Source: Nemertoderma westbladi (Eukaryota; Animalia; Xenacoelomorpha). Taken from it: a stretch of 64,000 bases of DNA. Location of the stretch: the NCBI GenBank assembly GCA_032718475.1, contig JAUCBJ010009150.1, positions 63,037 through 127,036 on the forward strand. The letters run 5' to 3'. The first letter of the stretch is position 1, and every line of letters starts with the position of its first letter. This document shows, piece by piece, positions 10,201-23,644 of this stretch. A program made the translations under genes and the position numbers. The notes below the pieces were generated by a model, which worked only from the letters and a program-made list of their open reading frames with translations, was not told the DNA's origin and made no database searches.

Positions 10201-12569
10201 TGCTATGCTATGCTATACTATGCTATATGCTATGGTACATCCTATGCTATATGCTATATGCAATATATCATATGCTATGCTATGCTATGCTATGCTATGC
10301 TATGCTATGCTATGCTATGCTATGCTATACTATACTATGTTATGCTATGCTATGCTATGCTATGCTATGCTATGCTATGTTAAGCTATGATATGCTATGT
10401 TATGCTATGCTATGCTGTTCTATGATATGCTATGCTATGCTATGCTATATGCTATGGTACATCCTATGCTATATGCTATATGCAATATATCATATGCTAT
10501 GCTATGCTATGCTATGCTATGCTATGCTATGCTATGCTATGCTATACTATGCTATGCTATGCTATGCTATGCTATTCTATGATATGCTATGCTATGCTAT
10601 ATGCTATGGTACATCCTATGCTATATGCTATATGCAATATATCATATGCTATGCTATGCTATGCTATGCTATGCTATACTATGCTATACTATGTTATGCT
10701 ATGCTATGCTATGCTATGCTATGCTATGTTAAGCTATGCTATGCTATGCTGTTCTATGATATGCTATGATATGCTATGCTATGCTATGCTATATGCTATG
10801 GTTCATCCTATGCTATATGCTATATGCAATATATCATATGCTATGCTATGCTATGCTATGCTATGCTATGCTATGCTATGCTATGATATGCTATACTATG
10901 CTATGCTATGCTATGCTATGCTATGCTATGCTATGCTATTGTATGCTATGATATGCTATGCTATGCTATGCTATGTTAAGCTATGATATGCTATGTTATG
11001 CTATGCTATGTTTGTCAAAATGACATTTTGACATGTCATTTTGCAAAAATGTCACTTTCAAATTGACAGTTTGACATGTCATTTTGTCAAAATGTCACTT
11101 TCAAATTGACATTTTGACATGTCATTTTGCCAAATGTCATTTTCAAGTTGACATTTTGACATGTAATTTTGCCAAAATGTCACTTTCGAATTGACATTTT
11201 CACATGTCATTTTGCCAAAATGTCAATGTGTCAATATGTCACTTTCAAATTGACAGTTTGACATGTCATTTTGTAAAATGTCACTTTCAAATTGACATTT
11301 TGACATGTCATTTCGCCAAAATGTCACTTTCAAATTGACATTTTGACATGTCAATTTGCCAAAATGTCATTTTCAAGTTGACATTTTGACATGTCATTTT
11401 GTCAAAATGTCATTTTCAAATTGACATTTTGACATGTCATTTTGTCAAAATGTCATTTTGTCAAAATGTCATTTTCAAATTGACATTTTGACATGTCATT
11501 TTGCCAAAATGTCACTTTCGAATTGACATTTTCACATGTCATTTTGCCAAAATGTCAATGTGTCAATATGTCACTTTCAAATTGACAGTTTGACATGTCA
11601 TTTTGTAAAATGTCACTTTCAAATTGACATTTTGACATGTCATTTGGCCAAAATGTCACTTTCAAATTGACATTTTGACATGTCATTTTGCCAAAATGTC
11701 ATTTTCAAGTTGACATTTTGACATGTCATTTTGCCAAAATGTCACTTTCGAATTGACATTTTCACATGTCATTTTGCCAAAATGTCAATGTGTCAATATG
11801 TCACTTTCAAATTGACAGTTTGACATGTCATTTTGTCAAAATGTCATTTTCAAATTGACATTTTGACATGTCATATTTTATGAGATTTAAGGTATTTTTT
11901 CTTGAAAAAGCAGACATAACTATTCCCAGTCCGTTTCTGTAACATTTAGAGAAAAGTTCACTTGTGATACTTCTTTTAGTGTTAAATTAACAGCAGATTC
12001 CAAATACAGTAACCGTTTTTACTTAAATTGTAGATTTTGCAACAAAAATAAAAAAAAAATCTGATTTGAGAGAATCACAACAAAACTTTTTAAGTTTAAA
12101 ACAACCGGTTATGTTAAACATAACGGTAACGTATAACGGCATAACGGTACCAAAAATAACTTCATTTTAATAACAAAATAAACGGATAAACAGATGAGTA
12201 ACCAGAACCCGGTAGCACAAACATACAGATCAGTAACAGCAGTATCAACACCAGATTAGCACAAGACTTAATAAGTAAAATGAAAGCCGACTTCCACCAC
12301 TGGGTACGAACCTATTGCTTAACGAAATGTCCCTATTTATAATCGAATATGGTGCGAGCCACAAAGTCTGTGAGCCATAGCATATAGTTGAATGTAGAGC
12401 ATGCATGGGCCATTGTCAGTCCGTTGAATTGAGATTTAGATGGAAAATCATATCATTAGCCAAAATGGAGCCTTCGCAAAACGTTTATCTAATGAACAAT
12501 GTCTATTATTTGGCCTAGCTAGTACAACTGTATGCCACCGTTCACGGACCCCGCCAACCTACCGAGTCC

Positions 12570-12722
12570 CTACAGATCTCCCTTGGGTTCCTCTTGGCCC
12601 TCGAAGTATCGTATCTTATCCTTGGGATTGGGGATTATGGTAGCGCTGCCCGGCTTCCAGTCGATCGGGCAGACGTCCCCGTGCTGGTCCGTGTACTGGA
12701 AGGCCTGCACGAGACGCAGGGT
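12570..12722 (-). pseudogene. Peroxiredoxin C-terminal fragment, unit 3
   Basis: Same translation; synonymous TGT>TGC in the Cys codon (12669). Confidence 0.85.
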
Positions 12723-15700
12723 CTGTAAGGGTCCGTAAGTCGTTCTCAACATTATTGTGGGAATCTGGGAAGCCCAAGTTCGCACGGCGTGGGTTCGTGG
12801 ATGCCATAGCACGCGTCCCGACCTGGAGAAAACAATTAAGTGAAAATACAAATGAACAGTGACAAGTTATTTAAAAATCTCATATAATTAAATATCAATT
12901 AAACATCAATAAACACAAACACATATTTAATAATAAACAAACACACCAACACTTATATAATGTTGGAATGAATAATTACCCGTTGTAACAATAATTGCAA
13001 GCCAGACGTCCCAACACTTTAATAAATAATTCATTGCGAACGACTTGCTGGTAATGTTGTGAATAAACAGTAAATCTAAACTCTAAATAATCAATTGTAA
13101 TTAAACTTTAAACCAAAGCGATTTTAAATAAGAAACTTTGTTAAACGTAACTTATAATATATTCAGCTACTGAGGAGGCAGCGCTTATTATATATTGGTG
13201 TTGGTGTCTGTAATACAAAACGAACAAATGTCTGGCCATTGACCTTGTGTCTTTGTGTGAAGCCGCGCTATCCAATAATAAGACGGTATAACAATTATTG
13301 GTTGTTCAAGCAAAGGCAATGTATACGTTAATGTATAATAATATGTTGCTTGGCGTGGGTGGCTGAGGCCTTGGCCTTGGTTGGTTAGTTTCCAGGGTGA
13401 TATGTTCTAGAATATTAAATTATTTACCTTGAGTGAACCAAACCAACCACCCACACAATGCTGAAGCACATTGTATCCCAGCCGTCCAGCCCAGCCCGTC
13501 TGGCGCCTCCTACAACACAATGCAAGCAGCTCAGCTCAATATTGCTTGAAAATTCTCTTGTAAATATTTCCCCCATCAATAAATAATTACACTTGAAATG
13601 CACTATAGAGGGGTGGGGAGGTGTTAGCGGTGTCGCCAGGCGATTCTAACTGTTTTTGGGGATCATTTCCTTAAAATATATTTTTTATGCTCTATCTCGT
13701 GGTGTCGGTTAGAACGCGCGAAAATGAAAATCGATGGTCATTTTTGAAAAAAATCGGAAGTTATTTCGATAAATTATGGCTAATTAACGGAAGGGCTTTT
13801 GTGTTGGCAATTTATTATTTAATACAGTTGAATATTTGGCTGAATTGAAGTTCATTAACCCGGGTAATTAAATTGAAATAACAAGTTATTTTGCAAAATT
13901 ATGGCTAATTTTGGGAAGGGCTTTTGGAATGGAAATCAAATTTAAATGAAAGGTGTTCTTAGGAGAATTTGAATTAATAACGAGTGCCCTACATAACGGC
14001 GCAGTGCACTTAATAACGAGTGCACTACATAACGGCGCAGTGCACTTAATAACTAGTGCCCTACATAACAGCGCATTGCACTTAATAACGAGTGCACTAC
14101 AAAACAGCGCAGTGCACTTAATAACGAGTGCACTACATAACGGCGCAGTGCATTTAATAACTAGTGCCCTACATAACAGCGCATTGCACTTAATAACGAG
14201 TGCACTACATAACGGCGCAGTGCACTTAATAACGAGTGCACTACATAACGGCGCAGTGCACTTAATAACTAGTGCCCTACATAACAGCGCAGTGCACTTA
14301 ATAACGAGTGCCCTACATAACGGCGCAGTGCACTTTATAACGGTGCAGTGCACTTGATAAAGATGTAGTGCACTTCATAAAGGTGTTAGTAGTGCACTTC
14401 ATAACGATGCAGTGCACTTAATGTTATATGCTATATTTCATGTTATATGCTATAGTACATGCTCTGCGATATGCTATATGGTATGGTATATGCTATGTTA
14501 TGCTATATGCTATATTATATAAGCTATATGTCATATGTTATATGTTATGCTATATGCAATGTCATGCTATATGTTATGGTATATACAATGTTATATGCTA
14601 TATGTTGTTATATGCTATAGTACATGCTAAGCTTAATGCTATGCTATATGCAATTCTATATGCTATGCTATATGTTATATGCTATAGTACATGCTAAGCT
14701 AAATGCTATGCTATATGCAATTCTATATGCTATGCTATATGTTATATGCTATATGTTATGCTATATGCCACGTTATGCTATATGTCATATGCTATATGTT
14801 ATATAGCCTATGCTATATGCTATATGTAATTCTATATGCTATGCTATATGTTATATGCTATAGTACATGCTAAGCTAAATGCTATGCTATATGCAATTCT
14901 ATATGCTATGCTATATGTTATATGCTATATGTTATGCTATATGCCACGTTATGCTATATGCTATGCTATGCCACGTTATGCTATATGTCATATGCTATAT
15001 GTTATATAGCCTATGCTATATGCTATATGTAATTCTATATGCTATGCTATATGTTATATGCTATAGTACATGCTAAGCTAAATGCTATGCTATATGCAAT
15101 TCTATATGCTATGCTATATGTTATATGCTATATGTTATGCTATATGCCACGTTATGCTATATGCTATGCTATATGCTATGCTATCATATGTTATGGTATA
15201 TACAATGTTATATGCTATATGTTGTTATATGCTATAGTACATGCTAAGCTTAATGCTATGCTATATGCAATTCTATATGCTATGCTATATGTTATATGCT
15301 ATAGTACATGCTAAGCTAAATGCTATGCTATATGCAATTCTATATGCTATGCTATATGTTATATGCTATATGTTATGCTATATGCCACGTTATGCTATAT
15401 GTCATATGCTATATGTTATATAGCCTATGCTATATGCTATATGTAATTCTATATGCTATGCTATATGTTATATGCTATAGTACATGCTAAGCTATATGCT
15501 ATGCTATATGCAATGCTATATGCTATGCTATATGTTATATGATATATGTTATGCTATATGCCACGTTATGATATGTGCTATGCTATGCTATATGTCATAT
15601 GCTATATGTTAAATGTTATGCTATATGCCATGTTATGTTATATGCTATAGTACATGCTAAGCTATATGCTCTATGCTATGCTATATGCTATATATCATAT

Positions 15701-18203
15701 GCTATATGCTATGGCACATCCTATGCTATATGCTATATATCATATGCTATGCTATGCTATGCTATACTATGCTATGCTATGGTGTGCTATGCTATGCTAT
15801 GCTATGCTATTCTATGATATGCTATGCTATGCTATGCTATACTATGCTATATGCTATGGTACATCCTATGCTATATGCTATATGCAATATATCATATGCT
15901 ATGCTATGCTATGCTATGCTATGCTATGCTATGCTATGCTATGCTATACTATACTATGTTATGCTATGCTATGCTATGCTATGCTATGCTATGTTAAGCT
16001 ATGATATGCTATGTTATGCTATGCTATGCTGTTCTATGATATGCTATGCTATGCTATGCTATATGCTATGGTACATCCTATGCTATATGCTATATGCAAT
16101 ATATCATATGCTATGCTATGCTATGCTATGCTATGCTATGCTATACTATACTATGCTATGCTATGCTATGCTATGCTATTCTATGATATGCTATGCTATG
16201 CTATATGCTATGGTACATCCTATGCTATATGCTATATGCAATATATCATATGCTATGCTATGCTATGCTATGCTATGCTATACTATGCTATACTATGTTA
16301 TGCTATGCTATGCTATGCTATGCTATGTTAAGCTATGCTATGCTATGCTGTTCTATGATATGCTATGATATGCTATGCTATGCTATGCTATATGCTATGG
16401 TTCATCCTATGCTATATGCTATATGCAATATATCATATGCTATGCTATGCTATGCTATGCTTATGCTATGCTATGCTATGCTATGCTATGCTATGCTATG
16501 ATATGCTATCTATGCTATGCTATGCTATGCTATGCTATGCTATGCTATGCTATGCTATGCTATGCTATGCTATTGTATGCTATGATATGCTATGCTATGC
16601 TATGCTATGTTAAGCTATGATATGCTATGTTATGCTATGCTATGTTTGTCAAAATGACATTTTGACATGTCATTTTGCAAAAATGTCACTTTCAAATTGA
16701 CAGTTTGACATGTCATTTTGTCAAAATGTCACTTTCAAATTGACATTTTGACATGTCATTTTGCCAAATGTCATTTTCAAGTTGACATTTTGACATGTAA
16801 TTTTGCCAAAATGTCACTTTCGAATTGACATTTTCACATGTCATTTTGCCAAAATGTCAATGTGTCAATATGTCACTTTCAAATTGACAGTTTGACATGT
16901 CATTTTGTAAAATGTCACTTTCAAATTGACATTTTGACATGTCATTTCGCCAAAATGTCACTTTCAAATTGACATTTTGACATGTCAATTTGCCAAAATG
17001 TCATTTTCAAGTTGACATTTTGACATGTCATTTTGTCAAAATGTCATTTTCAAATTGACATTTTGACATGTCATTTTGTCAAAATGTCATTTTGTCAAAA
17101 TGTCATTTTCAAATTGACATTTTGACATGTCATTTTGCCAAAATGTCACTTTCGAATTGACATTTTCACATGTCATTTTGCCAAAATGTCAATGTGTCAA
17201 TATGTCACTTTCAAATTGACAGTTTGACATGTCATTTTGTAAAATGTCACTTTCAAATTGACATTTTGACATGTCATTTGGCCAAAATGTCACTTTCAAA
17301 TTGACATTTTGACATGTCATTTTGCCAAAATGTCATTTTCAAGTTGACATTTTGACATGTCATTTTGCCAAAATGTCACTTTCGAATTGACATTTTCACA
17401 TGTCATTTTGCCAAAATGTCAATGTGTCAATATGTCACTTTCAAATTGACAGTTTGACATGTCATTTTGTCAAAATGTCATTTTCAAATTGACATTTTGA
17501 CATGTCATATTTTATGAGATTTAAGGTATTTTTTCTTGAAAAAGCAGACATAACTATTCCCAGTCCGTTTCTGTAACATTTAGAGAAAAGTTCACTTGTG
17601 ATACTTCTTTTAGTGTTAAATTAACAGCAGATTCCAAATACAGTAACCGTTTTTACTTAAATTGTAGATTTTGCAACAAAAATAAAAAAAAAATCTGATT
17701 TGAGAGAATCACAACAAAACTTTTTAAGTTTAAAACAACCGGTTATGTTAAACATAACGGTAACGTATAACGGCATAACGGTACCAAAAATAACTTCATT
17801 TTAATAACAAAATAAACGGATAAACAGATGAGTAACCAGAACCCGGTAGCACAAACATACAGATCAGTAACAGCAGTATCAACACCAGATTAGCACAAGA
17901 CTTAATAAGTAAAATGAAAGCCGACTTCCACCACTGGGTACGAACCTATTGCTTAACGAAATGTCCCTATTTATAATCGAATATGGTGCGAGCCACAAAG
18001 TCTGTGAGCCATAGCATATAGTTGAATGTAGAGCATGCATGGGCCATTGTCAGTCCGTTGAATTGAGATTTAGATGGAAAATCATATCATTAGCCAAAAT
18101 GGAGCCTTCGCAAAACGTTTATCTAATGAACAATGTCTATTATTTGGCCTAGCTAGTACAACTGTATGCCACCGTTCACGGACCCCGCCAACCCACCGAG
18201 TCC

Positions 18204-18356
18204 CTACAGATCTCCCTTGGGTTCCTCTTGGCCCTCGAAGTATCGTATCTTATCCTTGGGATTGGGGATTATGGTAGCGCTGCCCGGCTTCCAGTCGATC
18301 GGACAGACGTCCCCGTGCTGGTCCGTGTACTGGAAGGCCTGCACGAGACGCAGGGT
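18204..18356 (-). pseudogene. Peroxiredoxin C-terminal fragment, unit 4
   Basis: Same translation as unit 1. Confidence 0.85.
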
Positions 18357-21300
18357 CTGTAAGGGTCCGTAAGTCGTTCTCAACATTATTGTGGGAATCT
18401 GGGAAGCCCAAGTTCGCACGGCGTGGGTTCGTGGATGCCATAGCACGCGTCCCGACCTGGAGAAAACAATTAAGTGAAAATACAAATGAACAGTGACAAG
18501 TTATTTAAAAATCTCATATAATTAAATATCAATTAAACATCAATAAACACAAACACATATTTAATAATAAACAAACACACCAACACTTATATAATGTTGG
18601 AATGAATAATTACCCGTTGTAACAATAATTGCAAGCCAGACGTCCCAACACTTTAATAAATAATTCATTGCGAACGACTTGCTGGTAATGTTGTGAATAA
18701 ACAGTAAATCTAACCTCTAAATAATCAATTGTAATTAAACTTTAAACCAAAGCGATTTTAAATAAGAAACTTTGTTAAACGTAACTTATAATATATTCAG
18801 CTACTGAGGAGGCAGCGCTTATTATATATTGGTGTTGGTGTCTGTAATACAAAACGAACAAATGTCTGGCCATTGACCTTGTGTCTTTGTGTGAAGCCGC
18901 GCTATCCAATAATAAGACGGTATAACAATTATTGGTTGTTCAAGCAAAGGCAATGTATACGTTAATGTATAATAATATGTTGCTTGGCGTGGGTGGCTGA
19001 GGCCTTGGCCTTGGTTGGTTAGTTTCCAGGGTGATATGTTCTAGAATATTAAATGATTTACCTTGAGTGAACCAAACCAACCACCCACACAATGCTGAAG
19101 CACAGCGCATTGTATCCCAGCCGTCCAGCCCAGCCCGGCTGGCGCCTCCTACAACACAATGCAAGCAGCTCAGCTCAATATTGCTTGAAAATTCTCTTGT
19201 AAATATTTTCCAACTCAATAAATAATTACACTTGAAATGCACTATAGAGGGGTGGTGAGGTGTTAGCGATGTCGCCCGGTGATTCTGAGCGTTTTTGGTG
19301 ATCATTTGCTTAAAATATATTTTTTATGCTCTATCTCGTGGTGTCGGTTAGAACGCGCGAAAATGAAAATCGATGGTCATTTTTGAAAAAAATCGGAAGT
19401 TATTTCGATAAATTATGGCTAATTAACGGAAGGGCTTTTGTGTTGGCAATTTATTATTTAATACAGTTGAATATTTGGCTGAATTGAAGTTCATTAACCC
19501 GGGTAATTAAATTGAAATAACAAGTTATTTCGATAAATTATGGCTAATTAACGGAAGGGCTTTTGTGTTGGCAATTTATTATTTAATACAGTTGAATATT
19601 TGGCTGAATTGAAGTTCATTAACCCGGGTAATTAAATTGAAATAACAAGTTATTTTGCAAAATTATGGCTAATTTTGGGAAGGGCTTTTGGAATGGCATT
19701 GAAATTGAAATGAAAGGTGTTCTTAGGAGAATTTGAATTAATAACTAGTGCCCTACATAACAGCGCAGTGCACTTAATAACGAGTGCCCTACATAACGGC
19801 GCAGTGCACTTTATAACGGCGCAGTGCACTTCATAAAGGTGTAGTGCACTTCATAAAGGTGTTAGTAGTGCACTTCATAACGATGCAGTGCACTTAATGT
19901 TATATGCTATATTTCATGTTATATGCTATAGTACATGCTCTGCGATATGCTATATGGTATGGTATATGCTATGCTATATGCAATATGCTATAAGCTATGT
20001 TATATGTTATGCTATAGTACATGCTATGCTATATGCTATGCTATATGCTATGCTATTTGCTAGGCTATGTGCTATGCTATATGTTATAGGCTATGCTATA
20101 TGCTATATGTCATATGTTATATGTTATGCTATATGCAATGTCATGCTATATGTTATGGTATATGCCACGTTATGATATATGCTATGCTATGCTATATGTC
20201 ATATGCTATATGTTAAATGTTATGCTATATGCCATGTTATGTTATATGCTATAGTACATGCTAAGCTATATGCTCTATGCTATGCTATATGCTATATGCA
20301 ATATATCATATGCTATGCTATGCTATGCTATATGCTATGATACATCCTATGCTATATGCAATATATCATATGATATGCTATGTTATGCTATATGCTATGG
20401 TACATCCTATGCTATATGCTATGCTATGCTATATGCTATGCTATATGCTATGCTATATGATATGATATATGCTATGCTATATGTTATATACTATATGTTA
20501 TGCTATATGCCACGTTATGCATGCTATGCTATGCTATGCTATGCTATGCTATGCTATGCTATGCTATGCTATGCTATGCTATCATATGTTATGTTGTTAT
20601 ATGCTATGCTATGCTATGTTATGCTATGCTATGCTATGCTATGCTATGCTATGCTATGCTATGCTATGCTATGCTATGATATGCTATGCTATGCTTTGCT
20701 ATGCTATGCTATGCTATGCTATGCTATGCTATGCTCTGCTCTGCTATGATATGATATGATATGCTATGCTATGCTATGCTATGCTATGCTATGCTATGCT
20801 ATGCTATGCTATGCTATGCTATGCTATGCTATGCTATGCTATGCTATGCTATGCTATGCTATGCTATGCTATGCTATGCTATGCTATGCTATGCTATGCT
20901 ATGCTATGCTATGCTATGCTATGCTATGCTATGCTATGCTATGCTATGCTATGCTATGCTATGCTATGCTATGCTATGCTATGCTATGCTATGCTATGCT
21001 ATGCTATGCTATGCTATGCTATGTTAAGCTATAATATGCTATGTTATGCTATGCTATGTTTGTCAAAATGACATTTTGACATGTCATTTTGCCAAAATGT
21101 CACTTTCGAATTGACATTTTGACATGTCATTTTGCCAAAATGTCAATGTGTCAATATGTCACTTTCAAATTTACAGTTTGACATGTCATTTTGTAAAATG
21201 TCACTTTCAAATTGACATTTTGACATGTCATTTTGCCAAAATGTCACTTTCAAATTGACATTTTGACATGTCATTTTGCCAAAATGTAAATTTCAAATTG

Positions 21301-23491
21301 ACAGTTTGACATGTCATTTTGTCAAAATGTCACTTTCAAATTGACAGTTTGACATGTCATTTTGTCAAAATGTCACTTTCAAATTGACATTTTGACATGT
21401 AATTTTGCCAAAATGTCACTTTCGAATTGACATTTTGACATGTCATTTTGCCAAAATGTCAATGTGTCAATATGTCACTTTCAAATTGACAGTTTGACAT
21501 GTTATTTTGTCAAAATGTCAATGTGTCAATATGTAACTTTCAAATTGACAGTTTGACATGTCATTTTGTAAAATGTCACTTTCAAATTGACATTTTGACA
21601 TGTCATTTTGCCAAAATGTCATTTTCAAGTTGACATTTTGACATGTCATTTGCCAAAATGTCAATGTGTCAATATGTCACATTCAAATTGACAGTTTGAC
21701 ATGTCATTTTGTAAAATGTCACTTTCAAATTGACATTTTGACATGTCATTTTGCCAAAATGTCATTTTCAAGTTGACATTTTGACATGTCATTTGCCAAA
21801 ATGTCAATATGTCAATATGCCACTTTCAAATTGACAGTTTGACATGTCATTTTGTCAAAATGTCACTTTCAAATTGACAGTTTGACATGTCATTTTGTCA
21901 AAATGTCACTTTCAAATTGACATTTTGACATGTCATTTTGCCAAATGTCATTTTCAAGTTGACATTTTGACATGTAATTTTGCCAAAATGTCACTTTCGA
22001 ATTGACATTTTGACATGTCATTTTGCCAAAATGTCAATGTGTCAATATGTCACTTTCAAATTGACATTTTGACATGTCATTTTGTCAAAATGTCACTTTC
22101 AAATTGACATTTTGACATGTCATTTTGCCAAAATGTAAATTTCAAATTGACAGTTTGACATGTCATTTTGTCAAAATGTCACTTTCAAATTGACATTTTG
22201 ACATGTCATTTTGCCAAATGTCATTTTCAAGTTGACATTTTGACATGTAATTTTGCCAAAATGTCACTTTCGAATTGACATTTTCACATGTCATTTTGCC
22301 AAAATGTCAATGTGTCAATATGTCACTTTCAAATTGACAGTTTGACATGTCATTTTGTCAAAATGTCATTTTCAAATTGACATTTTGACATGTCATATTT
22401 TATGAGATTTAAGGTATTTTTTCTTGAAAAAGCGAACATAACTTTTCTGAGTTCGTTTCTGTGACATTTAAAGAAAAGTTAACTTGTGATACTTCTTTTA
22501 GTGTTAAATTAACAGCAGATTCCAAATACAGTAACCGTTTTTACATATGATTTGTAGTTCTCGCGATATTTGGGTTCAAACACAACGTTTTTTGATATTT
22601 TACGAAATTTAAGGTATTTTTTCTTGAAAAAGCAAACATAACTATTCCCAGTCCGTTTCTGTAACATTTAGAGAAAAGTTCACTTGTGATACTTCTTTTA
22701 GTGTTAAATTAACCGCAGATTCCAAATACAGTAACCGTTTTTACATATGATTTGTAGTTCTCGCGATATTTGGGTTCAAACACAACGTTTTTTGATATTT
22801 TACGAAATTTAAGGTATTTTTTCTTGAAAAAGCAAACATAACTATTCCCAGTCCGTTTCTGTAACATTTAGAGAAAAGTTAACTTGTGATACTTCTTTTA
22901 GTGTTAAATTAACCGCAGATTCCAAATACAGTAACCGTTTTTACTTAAATTGTAGATTTTGCAACAAAAATTTAAAAAAAATACGATTTGAGGGAATCAC
23001 AACAAAACTTTTTAAGTTTAAAACAACCGGTTATGTTAAACATAACGGTAACGTATAACGGCATAACGGTACCAAAAATAACTTCATTTTAATAACAAAA
23101 TAAACGGATAAACAGATGAGTAACCAGAACCCGGTAGCACAAACATACAGATCAGTAACAGCAGTATCAACACCAGATTAGCACAAGACTTAATAAGTAA
23201 AATGAAAGCCGACTTCCACCACTGGGTACGAACCTATTGCTTAACGAAATGTCCCTATTTATAATCGAATATGGTGCGAGCCACAAAGTCTGTGAGCCAT
23301 AGCATATAGTTGAATGTAGAGCATGCATGGGCCATTGTCAGTCCGTTGAATTGAGATTTAGATGGAAAATCATATCATTAGCCAAAATGGAGCCTTCGCA
23401 AAACGTTTATCTAATGAACAATGTCTATTATTTGGCCTAGCTAGTACAACTGTATGCCACCGTTCACGGACCCCGCCAACCCACCGAGTCC

Positions 23492-23644
23492 CTACAGATC
23501 TCCCTTGGGTTCCTCTTGGCCCTCGAAGTATCGTATCTTATCCTTGGGATTGGGGATTATGGTAGCGCTGCCCGGCTTCCAGTCGATCGGACAGACGTCC
23601 CCGTGCTGGTCCGTGTACTGGAAGGCCTGCACGAGACGCAGGGT
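23492..23644 (-). pseudogene. Peroxiredoxin C-terminal fragment, unit 5
   Basis: Same translation as unit 1. Confidence 0.85.
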
